Notes under the pieces: generated by a model
Told to the model about the DNA's origin: nothing
The model's input: the letters and a program-made list of their open reading frames with translations, nothing else
Databases searched by the model: none
Shown: positions 41,089 to 53,479 of the stretch, in pieces
Position numbering within the stretch: position 1 is the first letter of the stretch
Layout of the letters: each line of letters starts with the position of its first letter
Translations under genes and position numbers: made by a program
NCBI GenBank assembly: GCA_002269645.1
Contig: NIVC01000576.1
Coordinates: 297,637 to 361,636, forward strand
Direction of reading: 5' to 3'
DNA length: 64,000 nt
Origin: Macrostomum lignano
Lineage: Eukaryota

Positions 41089-42571
41089 TCAGTGACCTCC
41101 GAGAGAAGTCGAAGCTGAAGAAGAACCCGGATTGCTTTTCGCGGCGTCTCTGAGGTGGTTCTGGTACACTTCTGAGCGGAGAAACCGCTGGTATGAGTCC
41201 TTCTCCATCAGGGCTTGAATGCGCTTCTGAGCCTGCTCGAACAGGTGACCGTCAGGACTGCCCATGGCGTTGATAGTTGCCAGGCGGGTGGTGCTGTCCA
41301 GGTTCACCTGCGGGCCCGTGTTGTTGGCTAGATTAGCAATCCATTCTATTCCTTCATAAATCATGACTTTGGTTAGATTAGCAATCCATTCTATTCCTTC
41401 ATAAATCATGACTTTGGTTAGATTAGCAATCCATTCTATTCCTTCATCCATCATGATGTTGGCTAGATTAGCAATCCATTCTATTCCTTCATCCTTCATG
41501 ATGTTGGCTAGATTAGCAAACCATTCTATTCCTTCATCCATCATGATGTTGGCTAGATTAGCAATCCATTCTATTCCTCTATTCATCATGACTTTGCTAG
41601 ATTAGCAATCCATTCTATTCCTCTATTCATCATGACTTGGCTAGATTAGCAATCCATTCTATTGCTTTATCAGTGATGTCGGCTAGATTAGCAGTCCATT
41701 CTATTCCTCTATTCATCATGACTTGGCTAGATTAGCAATCCATTCTATTGCTTTATCAGTGATGTTGGCTAGATTAGCAATCCATTCGATTCCTCTATTC
41801 ATCATGACTTTGCTAGATTAGCAATCCATTCTATTGCTTTATCAGTGATGTTGGCTAGATTAGCAATCCATTCGATTCCTCTATTCATCATGACTTTGCT
41901 AGATTAGCAATCCATTCTATTGCTTTATCAGTGATGTTGGCTAGATTAGCAATCCAATTTATTAATTCACCAGAAAACTATGATTATTTATTGTAGGTGA
42001 GCTAATAGATTTCATTAAGAAACTGAAAGTTCAAGTACATCTGCACTACTAACTATTTAGAACGAAAGTAGTGCCTTACCAAACTTGCTGGTTTCCCAGA
42101 TTCCCAGATTCTACTTTAAATACGCCCACGCAGGAGTAGGCACAGATTTATAAGGCTGATGAAGAGAAGAGACTGACTCAACTAGCGCCTGTGAAACTGA
42201 GATAATGAGTAATAGAAAAAGCAGTGAAAAGAAGACGAGCAAAAGGCAGTTCCCAAAGAAACTCCCTAAAAGCAGAAACCGGGAGAAAAAGTCTGCTCTA
42301 CCCTCGCTAATGAACGCGGATAGCCTGACGAGACTGGTTGGAAAAGTACAGCGCCTTCCCCCCATCCGAGTCGCTCCGAGTCCATTCACTTGAAAAAGCT
42401 ACTGGGCTATGAAAAAATAGCCCCCCAGCTCCCCCAGTGCTGCTCAAAACGCTTAGAGATGGGGCAGATAAGCTCCGGTAATTGAGGGAATGGCGACTTG
42501 ATTTGCTAAGTGATGGAAATCACAAGTGCATGCGAAGTTTTATCGCTGGGGGGAGGAACAAGAGAGAGAGT

Positions 42572-42660
<89 letters not shown>

Positions 42661-45600
42661 GGAGAGAGAGAGAGAGAGAGAGCAGTACAGTACCGAATTT
42701 CCCAATTGCTCAAGTGGCTCATCGATTCTGAACAGCCAGCTCTGGGTGCTTCACTGCTGTCTCCTTCTCACTCTCTCACTCTACCTCTCACTCTCCCACT
42801 CTCTCTTTCACTCTCCCACTCTCCCTCTCACTCTCCCACTCTCCCTCTCACTCTCCCACTCTCCCTCTCACTCTACCACTCTACCTCTCACTCTCCCACT
42901 CTACCTCTCACTCTCCAACTCTCCCTCTCACTCTCCCACTCTCCCTTTCACTATCCCACTCTCCCTCTCACTCTCCTTTCTACCTCGCACTCTTCCACTC
43001 TCCTCACTATCTCACTCTATCTCTCACTCTTCACGCCCCGCCCCTATACCACTCCAGATCTCCTCTCGGCTCTTTGCTATCATTTCTCCTTTCAATCACC
43101 CACTCTCACCCACTCTCACCCCCTCTCACTCACTCTCACCCACTCTCACCCGCTCACATTTACTCTCACTTACTCTCACTCACTCTCACCCACTCTCACT
43201 CACTCTTACTCACTCTCACCCACTCTTACTCACTCTCACCCACTCCGATGACCTCAAAGTTTTATGATCGAATTACTAAAGGAAATCATGCATTTCCTCA
43301 ACTGTTGCAACTTGGATGAACTTAATTATTACAGTGCAGCTGGTTTTGCTGGGATATTGTCACTATAGAATAACGTATGAACTAAAAAAATATGAAAAAA
43401 TAGCGAAATGCTGTTTCTCACCTCTCTGGGTGCCTGAAAAGCAACAAATTCATTATAGATTTTCTGCGCTTTCATTGTCTGCTTTTTTGGGCCGCTGAGC
43501 GCTCTATATTCTTCGCAAGCAATCCAGAATTCGATGTTCTCGTCCGAGTACTCGGTCTTTAGGAAGGCGCGAAAAAGTGCTAAGCCATCTGAAATGTTCA
43601 AGATCGGTTTACACAGGAGATACGGCAGGCTGGGTTGATTATGTATACATAAATGTAGGTTAGCTCGGGTAGATAGTGTACAGTAGATATAGTTGCCCGG
43701 TTATTGATTAAAAAGCTGTACTTTTCTGCCAACGTATACGTGTATATGGTTAGGTTTATAAGCCACGGGTCTGTTAGCACAAAGCAAGAAACAATTCAAG
43801 CATCGAATCTTACACTTGTCATTTAGCAGACTATCAAAAGAGGCGCCCCACCGTTGCACCTGGTCGCAGCTGGGCTTAATACCAGAGGCCTTGTCTGCTG
43901 AAGTCGCTTCGACCGACTTGCGAGATAGAAAACTAAATTTGTCGCCTCTGCAACAAGGTGAGAAGGTTAAATTGCCGTTAATTGTTTAGCTAAATCTTCA
44001 CGGGATGCTGATTGGCTGGTTGATTTGTTTAACTGCCCAGGGGCGTCGCCATGGATTTTTTGTGGGGGGACAAAGCCAAGAATTCTACATATACATGTAC
44101 ATGACATGTACATTAAATTCCTACATGTACATTAGTTTCAGAATCGGTGTTGTCAGCACTTAATTTAACACTGCAGGCACTCATTTTAGCGCCGCAGGCA
44201 CTCATTTTAGCGCTGCAGGCCCTCATTTTGGCGCCACAGGCTCTCATTTTGGCGACGCAAGCACTCATTTTGGCACTCATTTTCGCCGCAAGCACTCACT
44301 TTGGCGTTGCAAGCACTCATTTTAGCGCCACAGGCGCTGTTTTGTCGCCCTGCGGCAAAATTATTGATTTCCATAACGGGTCATAAGGTGGGGTGGGGGT
44401 ACCCCACCTTGGCATGTCCCTCCAGATCTTTTACTGGGGGGGGGGGACATGTCCCCCCTGTTCCCCCGTCGGCGACGCCCCTGTAACTGCCCACTCTCTT
44501 TCCGCAATGTACACTGAGTCTATTTTTAGGCTTTTCTCTTCTCGCTTGTACACTTGTTCTATTTTTAGCAGCAGGGTTGATATGTACGTATAGCATATAG
44601 CATATGTACACTGCTTCTATTTATAGAATTTCGTCCCGAAACACGCCCTAGTACATCAACAAGCTCTTCATTCATAATATATGGGCATTGATTTTATTTT
44701 CCGTTTGTCTGCAACCCAATGTCCCAAAGTCCATTTGCACTGAATAACAACAATTCAGAATTGAAGAAAACTGCGCTATTCATCTTCTTTCGATGATTAA
44801 AAAAGCTCCAACTTTGATGAAAAACATTCGCTGCAAACCGAAAGCTAAAAAATACGAAATTCTTTTTATGGAAAGTAGCATTCCTGCCCTACTTGTTGCC
44901 AACTTTCTGTCGACTGTCTCCATCGTGTTTCAGCTCGTTTCGCATTTGCTAATCCGATTTGACATTTTAATTTCCACTTCCAAGGGCTTATTTATAAAGG
45001 CTCATCTCCTCCGGCTTGGAGGCGTAAGAGAATTAGAAAAGCGTTTTGCTTTGCCAATTCGCACGCACTGATTCTATTTTCCTCTGCTTCGACTAACTAA
45101 TAGCCCCGGCTCTGAGTCAATCCGTCAGATTTTTCAGTTGGACTTCTTCTGGCAGTGCGCAGCAGAGGCAAATTGCATTAGAGATATGCGAGCTCCATTT
45201 CTCTGGCTGATGGATCGTCTCTCCCTCTCGGTGTATATCAGGGCCTTCTCAATCCGCTCTTCTCGTCTGAGCAAGATTTTCAGTCAAATGGGAGGAGAAG
45301 TATGTGTGGGTGTGTGCTCCGGACAGGCCCCGAGTCTGAGAGCACTGGAAAAGGAGGAAGAAGGAACAAGCAGTTGGGAGGAGCGAGAGATGCAGCCGGA
45401 GATGCCCTGGTGGCCATCGGACCAAAAAGAGGAGGATGCGGAGCCTGGGGACTTCTCCCCGACTGCTTCTCCCTCTCTCCGCTCCGTTCCAAAATTCTAG
45501 CCTATAACTCTCCTCCCCTCTTTCGCCCTCTTTCATCTTAATGACGTTCTGCCCTCGCCGTCTCTCCTACTATGCTCTCTTCTTTCGCCTCGATTTTCCT

Positions 45601-48600
45601 CGGGAGAACTGGCCTTAGAGACTTGGGTCTGGGCGGGCGTTCCGGCAAAATCTTTCGGTAATTTCTTTTACTCGGCAACCGCCAGACTGGACTAAGCCTC
45701 CACTGCCCCTGTCGCAGAAATGCTGATTTTGCGTCAGAAGAAGTCAATTCCTATTTTGCTTCGATTAGGCTTTGACTGGCTCAGCTACTGAGGAACTGTA
45801 CTTTAGCGTAGCTTCTTGTGCGTTCTTCCTTGATGACAAGTTAATCACTCAGGCAGACTCCATGACCGAGTGGGGGCAAATTAAGTACAGCCTAATCTGT
45901 GAAAAAATGCCAGTTGCTTGTCGTGAAATGCTCTTGGGCCAAGCGTACAAGGTGACAAGTACAAGTAGGGAGCAACTGTACAAGTTGGGAGCAACTGTAC
46001 AAGTTGGGAGCAACTGTACAAGTTGGGAGCAACTGTACAAGTTGGGAGCAACTGTACAAGTTGGGAGCAGTGTACAAGTTGGGAGCAACTGTACAAGTAG
46101 GGAGCAACTGTACAAGTTGGGAGCAACTGTACAAGTTGGGAGCAACTGTACAAGTTGGGAGCAACTGTACAAGTTGGGAGCAGTGTACAAGTTGGGAGCA
46201 ACTGTACAAGTTGGGAGCAGTGTACAAGTTGGGAGCATCTGTACAAGTTGGGAGCTGTGTACAAGTTGGGAGCATCTGTACAAGTTGGGAGCTGTGTACA
46301 AGTTGGGAGCATCTGTACAAGTTGGGAGCTGTGTACAAGTTGGGAGCATCTGTACAAGTTGGGAGCATCTGTACAAGTTGGGAGCTGTGTACAAGTTGGA
46401 AGCAACTGTACAAGTTTGGAGTAACTGTACAAGTTGGGAGTAACTGTACAAGTTGGGAGTAACTTTAAAAGTTGGGAGCAGTGTATAAGTTTGGGGCAGC
46501 GTACAAGTTGGGAGCAACTGTACAAGTTGGGAGCAACTGTAAAAGTTGGGAGCAACAGTACAAGTTTGGAGTAACTGTACAAGTTGGGAGCTGTGTACAA
46601 GTTGGGAGCAACTGTACAAGTTGGGAGCAGTGTACAAGTTGAGAGCAACTGTACAAGTTGAGAGCTATGTACAAGTTGGGAGCAGTGTACAAGTTGGGGG
46701 CAGCGTACGTACAAGTTTGGAGCAGTGTACAAGTTGGGAGCAACTGTACAAGTTATGAGCAACTGTAAAAGCTGGGAGCAGTGTACAAGTTGGGGGCAGC
46801 GTACGTACAAGTTGTGTCATTAGTTGCTAGTCAGCGGATGAAGTATTGAACTAGCTACCCAGCTTGAAAAGTACTTTGCAAGCCTTTAGAATCAAATATA
46901 CTACGAGCGTAAATACTTTTCATACAAGAGTTTATTATACCATTTCCAAATCGGATTCTTTCATCCATAATTATTCCACTCTTAGCTGAATCCTTGCAAC
47001 TGAAAATCTGAAAAGCTTCTAATAGAAAAGTTTACAGAAGACTTGATGCAGCTCGCGCATACAGTACAGGGATTATTTAGCCAATAACAGAACTCACATG
47101 CTCTTCTTCTTTGACTTTTCTTTTCGCTCAGAGGCACCGGGGCTTCCACCAGAACCGAATCCCAGCCGGATCCTGTGATGCTGGTGATGATGCAAGTGGT
47201 GGTGGTGGTGCAGCTGCTGCTGCTGCTGCTTCTGCTGCTTCTGCTGCTGTTTCTGTTGCTGGCTGTGGCTGTGACAGCTTCTTTCATCGCCGTCGTAGAC
47301 TCCACCGCCAGGCAGAACTTCGACGTCGTCGTGTGACTTTTGCGATTTCTGGCGTTTAAAGTGTAAAGGTAAGCATTAATGTGTATTATGTATTTGTGTT
47401 TATACAGAAAGGTGTGCCCACCAAGAGACAGGGGCGCCCACCAAGAGACAGGGGCGTTCACCAAGAGACAGGGACACCCACCAAGAGACAGGGACACCCA
47501 CCAAGAGACAGATGCGCTCACCAAGAGACAGGGACTCCCACCAAGAGACAGGGACACCCACCAAGAGACAGATGCGCTCACCAAGAGACAGGGACTCCCA
47601 CCAAGAGACAGGGACACCCACCAAGAGACAGGGACACACACCAAGAGACAGGGACACACACCAAGAGACAGGGACACCCACCAAGAGACAGGGACACACA
47701 CCAAGAGACAGGGACACACACCAAGAGACAGATGCGCTCACCAAGAGACAGGGACTCCCACCAAGAGACAGGGACTCCCACCAAGAGACAGGGACACCCA
47801 CCAAGAGACAGGGACACACACCAAGAGACAGGGACACACACCAAGAGACAGATGCGCTCACCAAGAGACAGGGACTCCCACCAAGAGACAGGGACTCCCA
47901 CCAAGAGACAGGGACACCCACCAAGAGACAGGGACACACACCAAGAGACAGATGCGCTCACCAAGAGACAGGGACTCTCACCAAGAGACAGGGACTCCCA
48001 CCAAGAGACAGGGGCGCTCACTTCTCCCTGGACTCGAACGATGTCGCCTTTAGTAACAGCATCGGCATCAGCTTAAACTGATCTTGGTTACAGTGAATCG
48101 TTTTGCTTTTTATTTTTGTTCTGCACCCCATCTCCCCTCTGTCTTTTCAGCTTTCGCTGACTGGGGAACAAATACACTGATGAGCAGTTGCTATGGAAGA
48201 GATCGATCCCATTGCAGATTTATATTTTTTGCTTTTTTGTTTCGTGGCACGGGTTTCATTTTTGATGCATGAAATTCTGTAGCTTTCACATCTTCTCTTA
48301 CTTTCTGTAATCAAAATGCGCTCTCAGAATCTCTCTCAGTTTACTGTGATTTCTAGCAACACATCTGCCGCCTCCGGCTACCTCTACCCGTCATTCACTC
48401 ACTCACAGCCATTCATTCACTCACAGCTATTCACTCACTCACAGCTATTCACTCACTCACAGCTTTTCACTCACTCACAGCTATTCACTCACTCACAGCT
48501 TTTCACTCACTCACAGCTTTTCACTCACTCACAGCCATTCATTCACTCACAGCTATTCACTCACTCACAGCTATTCACTCACTCACAGCTTTTAACTCAC

Positions 48601-49733
48601 TCACAGCTATTCACTCACTCACAGCTTTTCACTCACTCACAGCTATTCACTCACTCACAGCTATTCACTCACTCACAGCTATTAACTCACTCACAGCTAT
48701 TCACTCACTCACAGCTTTTCACTCACTCACAGCTTTTCACTCACTCACAACCATTCATTCACTCACAGCTATTCACTCACTCACAGCTATTCACTCACTC
48801 ACAGCTATTCACTCACTCACAGCTTTTCACTCACTCACAGCTTTTCACTCACTCACAGCTTTTCACTCACTCACAGACATTCACTCATTCAGTCATTGAC
48901 TCACCAACTGCCATTGACTCACTCACAGACAATAACTCATTCACAGGCATTCACTCACTTACAGACATTCACTCACTCAGCCACTGACTCATCAAGTCCC
49001 ATTCACGCACCAACTGCCATTCACTAACTCACTCACTCACAGGCATTCACTCACTTACAGCCATTCACTCACTCAGCCATTGACTCACCAACTGCCATTG
49101 ACTCACTCACAGACAATAACTCATTCACAGACATTCACTCACTCAGCCACAGCTATTCACACACCCGCAAGCTATTCACTCACCCCTCTCTGCCGCAGGA
49201 ACAGCGCATGCGCCGGAACTCCCTCAGTTCCGCTGTCCGAGTGGCATCGCTGGATGTCCGGTCGGCCGCCGCCGCCGCCGCCGCCACCTCCTCGACGACT
49301 GCCGGACACGGTCAGCGAGGTGGCCGACAAGCTGCCAGCAGCTTCAGCTCGGCAGCAGGCGCCGCCGCCGCTGTCATCTGCGCCCTCATCTCCATTCTCA
49401 GCTTCGTCATGCTCGGCAGCATCCTCGTCGTACTGTTCGCAGTTGCAGTCGTCGGTCGAGTCGTCCGAGTCGTTCGAATCGTCGTTGCGGCAGACTCCCG
49501 ACGGGAAATGAAATGTCGCCTGACGATGGCCCCCTTCTTCGGCGCCTGCCGCGGCCGAATCGTCAGAAGAGGACACGAGCAACCTTGGTGGAGTTGTCGG
49601 CATCGCTGGCTGCAGCTGGCTAGCCGATGGCTGCTGTTGCTGGGCCGCCGTTTGCACGGCTTGAACGCAGGAAGTCGAATGCGACTTTCCCGAGCGCTGA
49701 AATGGCATCAAACCGCCAAGCAGGGTTGTAAGG

Positions 49734-49807
<74 letters not shown>

Positions 49808-49849
49808 GGTTCCTGGGGCAGAGGACTTACACTGTACCTGTTGGCTCAT
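41089..49849 (-). CDS. RGS: Regulator of G-protein signalling (R4/B-like RGS domain) with a low-complexity N-terminus, 5 exons, 473 aa: 49849-49184, 47348-47098, 43932-43814, 43588-43422, 41307-41089
   Basis: Spliced RGS box: [13 protein letters not shown]|[27 protein letters not shown]...[13 protein letters not shown]|VNLDS...[26 protein letters not shown]. Intron phases 0,2,1,0 are consistent; total 1422 nt. The RGS-domain exons are near-certain. The 49849 ATG and the two N-terminal exons are less certain, and further upstream exons are not excluded. Confidence 0.85.
41325..41955. repeat. Minisatellite, ~41-45-bp unit GCTAGATTAGCAATCCATTCTATTCCTTCATCCATCATGATGTTG, ~14 copies (RGS last intron)
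   Basis: Read directly; ends ~16 nt from the acceptor at 41308-41309. Confidence 0.93.
42565..43245. repeat. (GA)n tract (~42565-42682), then a CT-rich CTCTCCCACT/CTCACCCACT degenerate repeat (~42765-43245)
   Basis: Read directly from the sequence. Confidence 0.9.
44038..44483. mobile_element. Non-autonomous hAT-superfamily MITE, 446 bp, in an RGS intron
   Basis: Perfect 13-bp TIR CAGGGGCGTCGCC (44038-44050) / GGCGACGCCCCTG (44471-44483). Perfect 8-bp TSD TAACTGCC (44030-44037 and 44484-44491). Internal ~21-bp GCACTCATTTT(A/G)GCGCC subrepeats; no transposase. Confidence 0.92.
44893..44945 (-). CDS. Candidate alternative first coding exon of the RGS gene ([17 protein letters not shown], phase-2 donor)
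   Basis: ATG at 44945, donor AA|GTAGGG at 44893/44892, in phase with the 43932 exon. TATAAATA on the minus strand at 44996-44989; in-frame TAG just upstream. Confidence 0.35.
45958..46810. repeat. Minisatellite, 18-19-bp unit TGTACAAGTTGGGAGCA(AC/G/TC), ~45 copies
   Basis: Read directly from the sequence. Confidence 0.95.
47421..48020. repeat. 20-bp minisatellite: invariant CCAAGAGACA plus a variable 10-mer, 30 units
   Basis: Read directly; exact 20-bp register throughout. Confidence 0.95.
48390..49183 (-). repeat. Minisatellite, 18-bp unit (minus strand GTGAGTGAGTGAATAGCT), regular over ~48392-48875 and degenerate up to the RGS exon-1 donor
   Basis: Read directly from the sequence. Confidence 0.93.
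49736..49807 (-). repeat. Coding CAA(CAG)23 = polyglutamine Q24 in RGS exon 1
   Basis: 23 uninterrupted CTG on the + strand at 49736-49804, plus TTG. Confidence 0.85.
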
Positions 49850-50224
49850 GTTTCTGTGACAATCTATCTATGTTGCAGGCTTCTGCTACTATGTCGAGTG
49901 TAGAGGAAGTTGGAAGCAGTTTTGTTTCTGTTTGCTGGATCTAAAATCTACGGGAGCTCTTCCTGTCTGAGTGTATCGTTTTCTCTCATTTCCTATTTGA
50001 TCCTGGCATTCTGATTGGCCCACGGGCTTCTAGCCAGCCACTGATGGATGGCGATGGAGCAACTCTCTGGAGTAAGTGTCTTTCTCGGCACTAAACTCAA
50101 TGAGCTCTCTGCAATGCCTTTGCCTGCAGAGAATGATTTTGCATCGAATGACTTACAATAATACGTTGTGCTTGCTAATTGTAATTGTGTGCTTTGGTCT
50201 GAGGTGCTTTGTGCTTTTGTTCTG

Positions 50225-50930
50225 GGCCCTGTGGGATGGTGGCCGCTGTGGAGTGGTGGCCGCTGTGGAGTGGTGGTCGCTGTGGGGTCGTAGGCGCTGT
50301 GGGGTGGTGGGCGCTGTGGGGTGGTGGGCGCTGCGGGATGGTGGCCGCTGTGGAGTGATGGTCGCTGTGGGGTGGTGGGCGCTGTGGGATGGTGGGCGCT
50401 GTGGGATGGTGGCCGCTGTGGAGTGATGGCCGCTGTGGGGTCGTAGGCGCTGTGGGGTGGTGGGCGCTGTGGGGTGGTGGGCGCTGTGGGGTCGTAGGCG
50501 CTGTGGGGTGGTGGGCGCTGTGGGGTGGTGGGCGCTGTGGGGTCGTGGGCATTGTGGGGTGGTGGGCGCTGTGGGGTGGTGGGCGCTGTGGGGTGGTGGG
50601 CGCTGTGGGGTGGTGGGCGCTGTGGGTTGGTGGGCGCTGTGGGGTGGTGGGCGCTGTGGGGTGGTGGGTGCTGTGGGGTGGTGGGTGCTTTGGGTGGAGT
50701 GTTCTGTGATGTGGTGGGCGCTGTGTGGTGGTGGGCGCTGTGGGGTGGTGGGTGCTTTGGGGTGGTGGGTGCTTTGGGTGGAGTGTTCTGTGATGTGGTG
50801 GGCGCTGTGTGGTGGTGGGCGCTGTGGGGTGGTGGGCGCTGTGGGGTGGTGGGTGCTTTGGGTGGAGTGTTCTGTGATGTGGTGGGCGCTGTGTGGTGGT
50901 GGGCGCTGTGGGGTGGTGGGTGCTTTGGGT
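50225..50930. repeat. G-rich minisatellite, 17-bp unit GTGGTGGGCGCTGTGGG
   Basis: Read directly from the sequence. Confidence 0.93.
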
Positions 50931-51836
50931 AGAGTGTACTGTGATGTGTTTTGTGCCGTGGGTGTTGGGTGATTTTTGGTATGCATTTGTCGAGTAGATC
51001 AAATGTATTGAAATCTCTTAAACATTTACAAAAGCACTCGACAAGGAAGCGCAAGAGACTAGGGAGCGATTTCAATCTCTAATTTCGTGTAAATGTACTC
51101 AATTTCCAACTGGCATGGTTGACTGCCCGGACAATTTTATAAGTCATATCCAGTTTGTCCGATGCAAAGATAAAAAACTGATATTTTTGAAGTGTGCTCC
51201 AGAGATAGACTAATTAATCTGGTATGAGTTATGAGCCTGTTTCCGACATGAGACAGGGTTGAGCTTGCAACTGCGCCTTGTGACACTGCATGTGGGGAAT
51301 GAGGAGTGAGATGAAGCACTGTCCAAAACTGTTCTGTCCCTAAACCTCACCGTTCACTCTCCCACAGCACTGCACTCTCAGAACGCTGGCAGATGTTCCA
51401 CTTCCCTAACTGGGGATAAAAAATAAGGATTACTAGGACTGCTTTCATAGTTGGCAGATATTTTCCTATTAAATCTGTCTCTGCATACTCATACTTCCCG
51501 ACCCGAACGCCAGCTGAAGTGCATTATTTTTAGAAGGCTCTGGGCTCTGCCTCCGCTTCTCATCGATGAAGCTTTTACTCAAACGATGAAGCTTTTACTC
51601 AAACGATAATTAGATTTGCTGGATCTGCCGACTTCGCTACTCGAAGCGATGGTTTTAGCAAAATTTTTCTCAAATTCGTTTCGCACTACTGTTAGTATAA
51701 AGTTAGCTAAAATTTGAAGCGATTTTTTATGCCGTAGATTATATCAAAAACTGATTGAGCTAGGGTGACATTGACCTGAAAGGGAGGCTATTTTACGTAG
51801 CGATATTCTTATATAGCTCAGGTAGGAGAGAAAGAT

Positions 51837-52570
<734 letters not shown>

Positions 52571-53479
52571 AAGCACATCGTTTGAGAACGAATGCTTTGG
52601 GCAGGTGTTTTTTTCAGAGATCCTGCAGTTGGGCAGCGAGGTGGAGGAGAGGAGCGGGAAGGGAGCTCAAGCAGTTGGGGGTGAAGCACTTTCTGGGGGG
52701 GGGGCTCATATATCTGGCTTCTGTCTTGACTAGCCGAGCCGTCGTTCGATCGCAATTTCCGGAAGTTAAACTAACCGGATGTGGGTAATATTATATTCAT
52801 ATATCATACACAGCTATGGCTGCTCGTGCATAAAGTGGATCGCTAATCTGGCCGCAGGGCACGCAGAATCTCCACCTAGGTCAGCCGCAATGTCTCTCGA
52901 CCCAGGGCGGGTGGGATTCGAGCTCAGGCTCCCCCTCCTCAACCCCCCCCTCCTCGGCGGGCAGTGGCGAGTTTTCATTTCGTCAAACTCTGTGCCGTCC
53001 GCCTTCTCGCGACTGGCCCTCGTCAAAATGCAAATTTCTTTTGCATTATAGATTACATATGTGCTCAGATATGCGTGTGGACTGTAGTAGTGCCGCGTTG
53101 TTGGCATTACTAAAGTGATTATTATATAGCCAGTATGAAAGAGCAAAGAGAGTAGGAGTGTGCGGTTGACTTAACGGAGAGAATGAAATTGAGTTTCAAC
53201 ACGAACAGAGAGAGTCCAATTAAACTCGAATTAGACCGGGGCAGGTCGGTGGTCGCTTGAGAAGTGAAGCTTATTTTAGGCGCAATTTTAGTTCAAGACA
53301 ATTTTTAGTCTAATGGATTTTTGTAGCTCTAGGCTTAGCACAAAAGGATATATAAAGTGCTAGACACAACACACAAGACACAAAAGAAAGAGACAAGGCA
53401 TAAGAAATCAGACACAAGAAACAAGAAACGAGAGAAAATACACAAAAGACAAGACAGGAGACACAAGACACAGAACACA

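Noticed and set aside
45138-45900. Several 70-120-aa ORFs in RGS intron 2
   Set aside because: No recognisable domains and no phase-compatible splice pair found; probably regulatory or UTR sequence.
47421-48020. CRISPR-like repeat/spacer appearance
   Set aside because: Eukaryotic intron, 10-bp repeat, 10-bp spacers that recur, and no cas genes. No array in the window has unique spacers.
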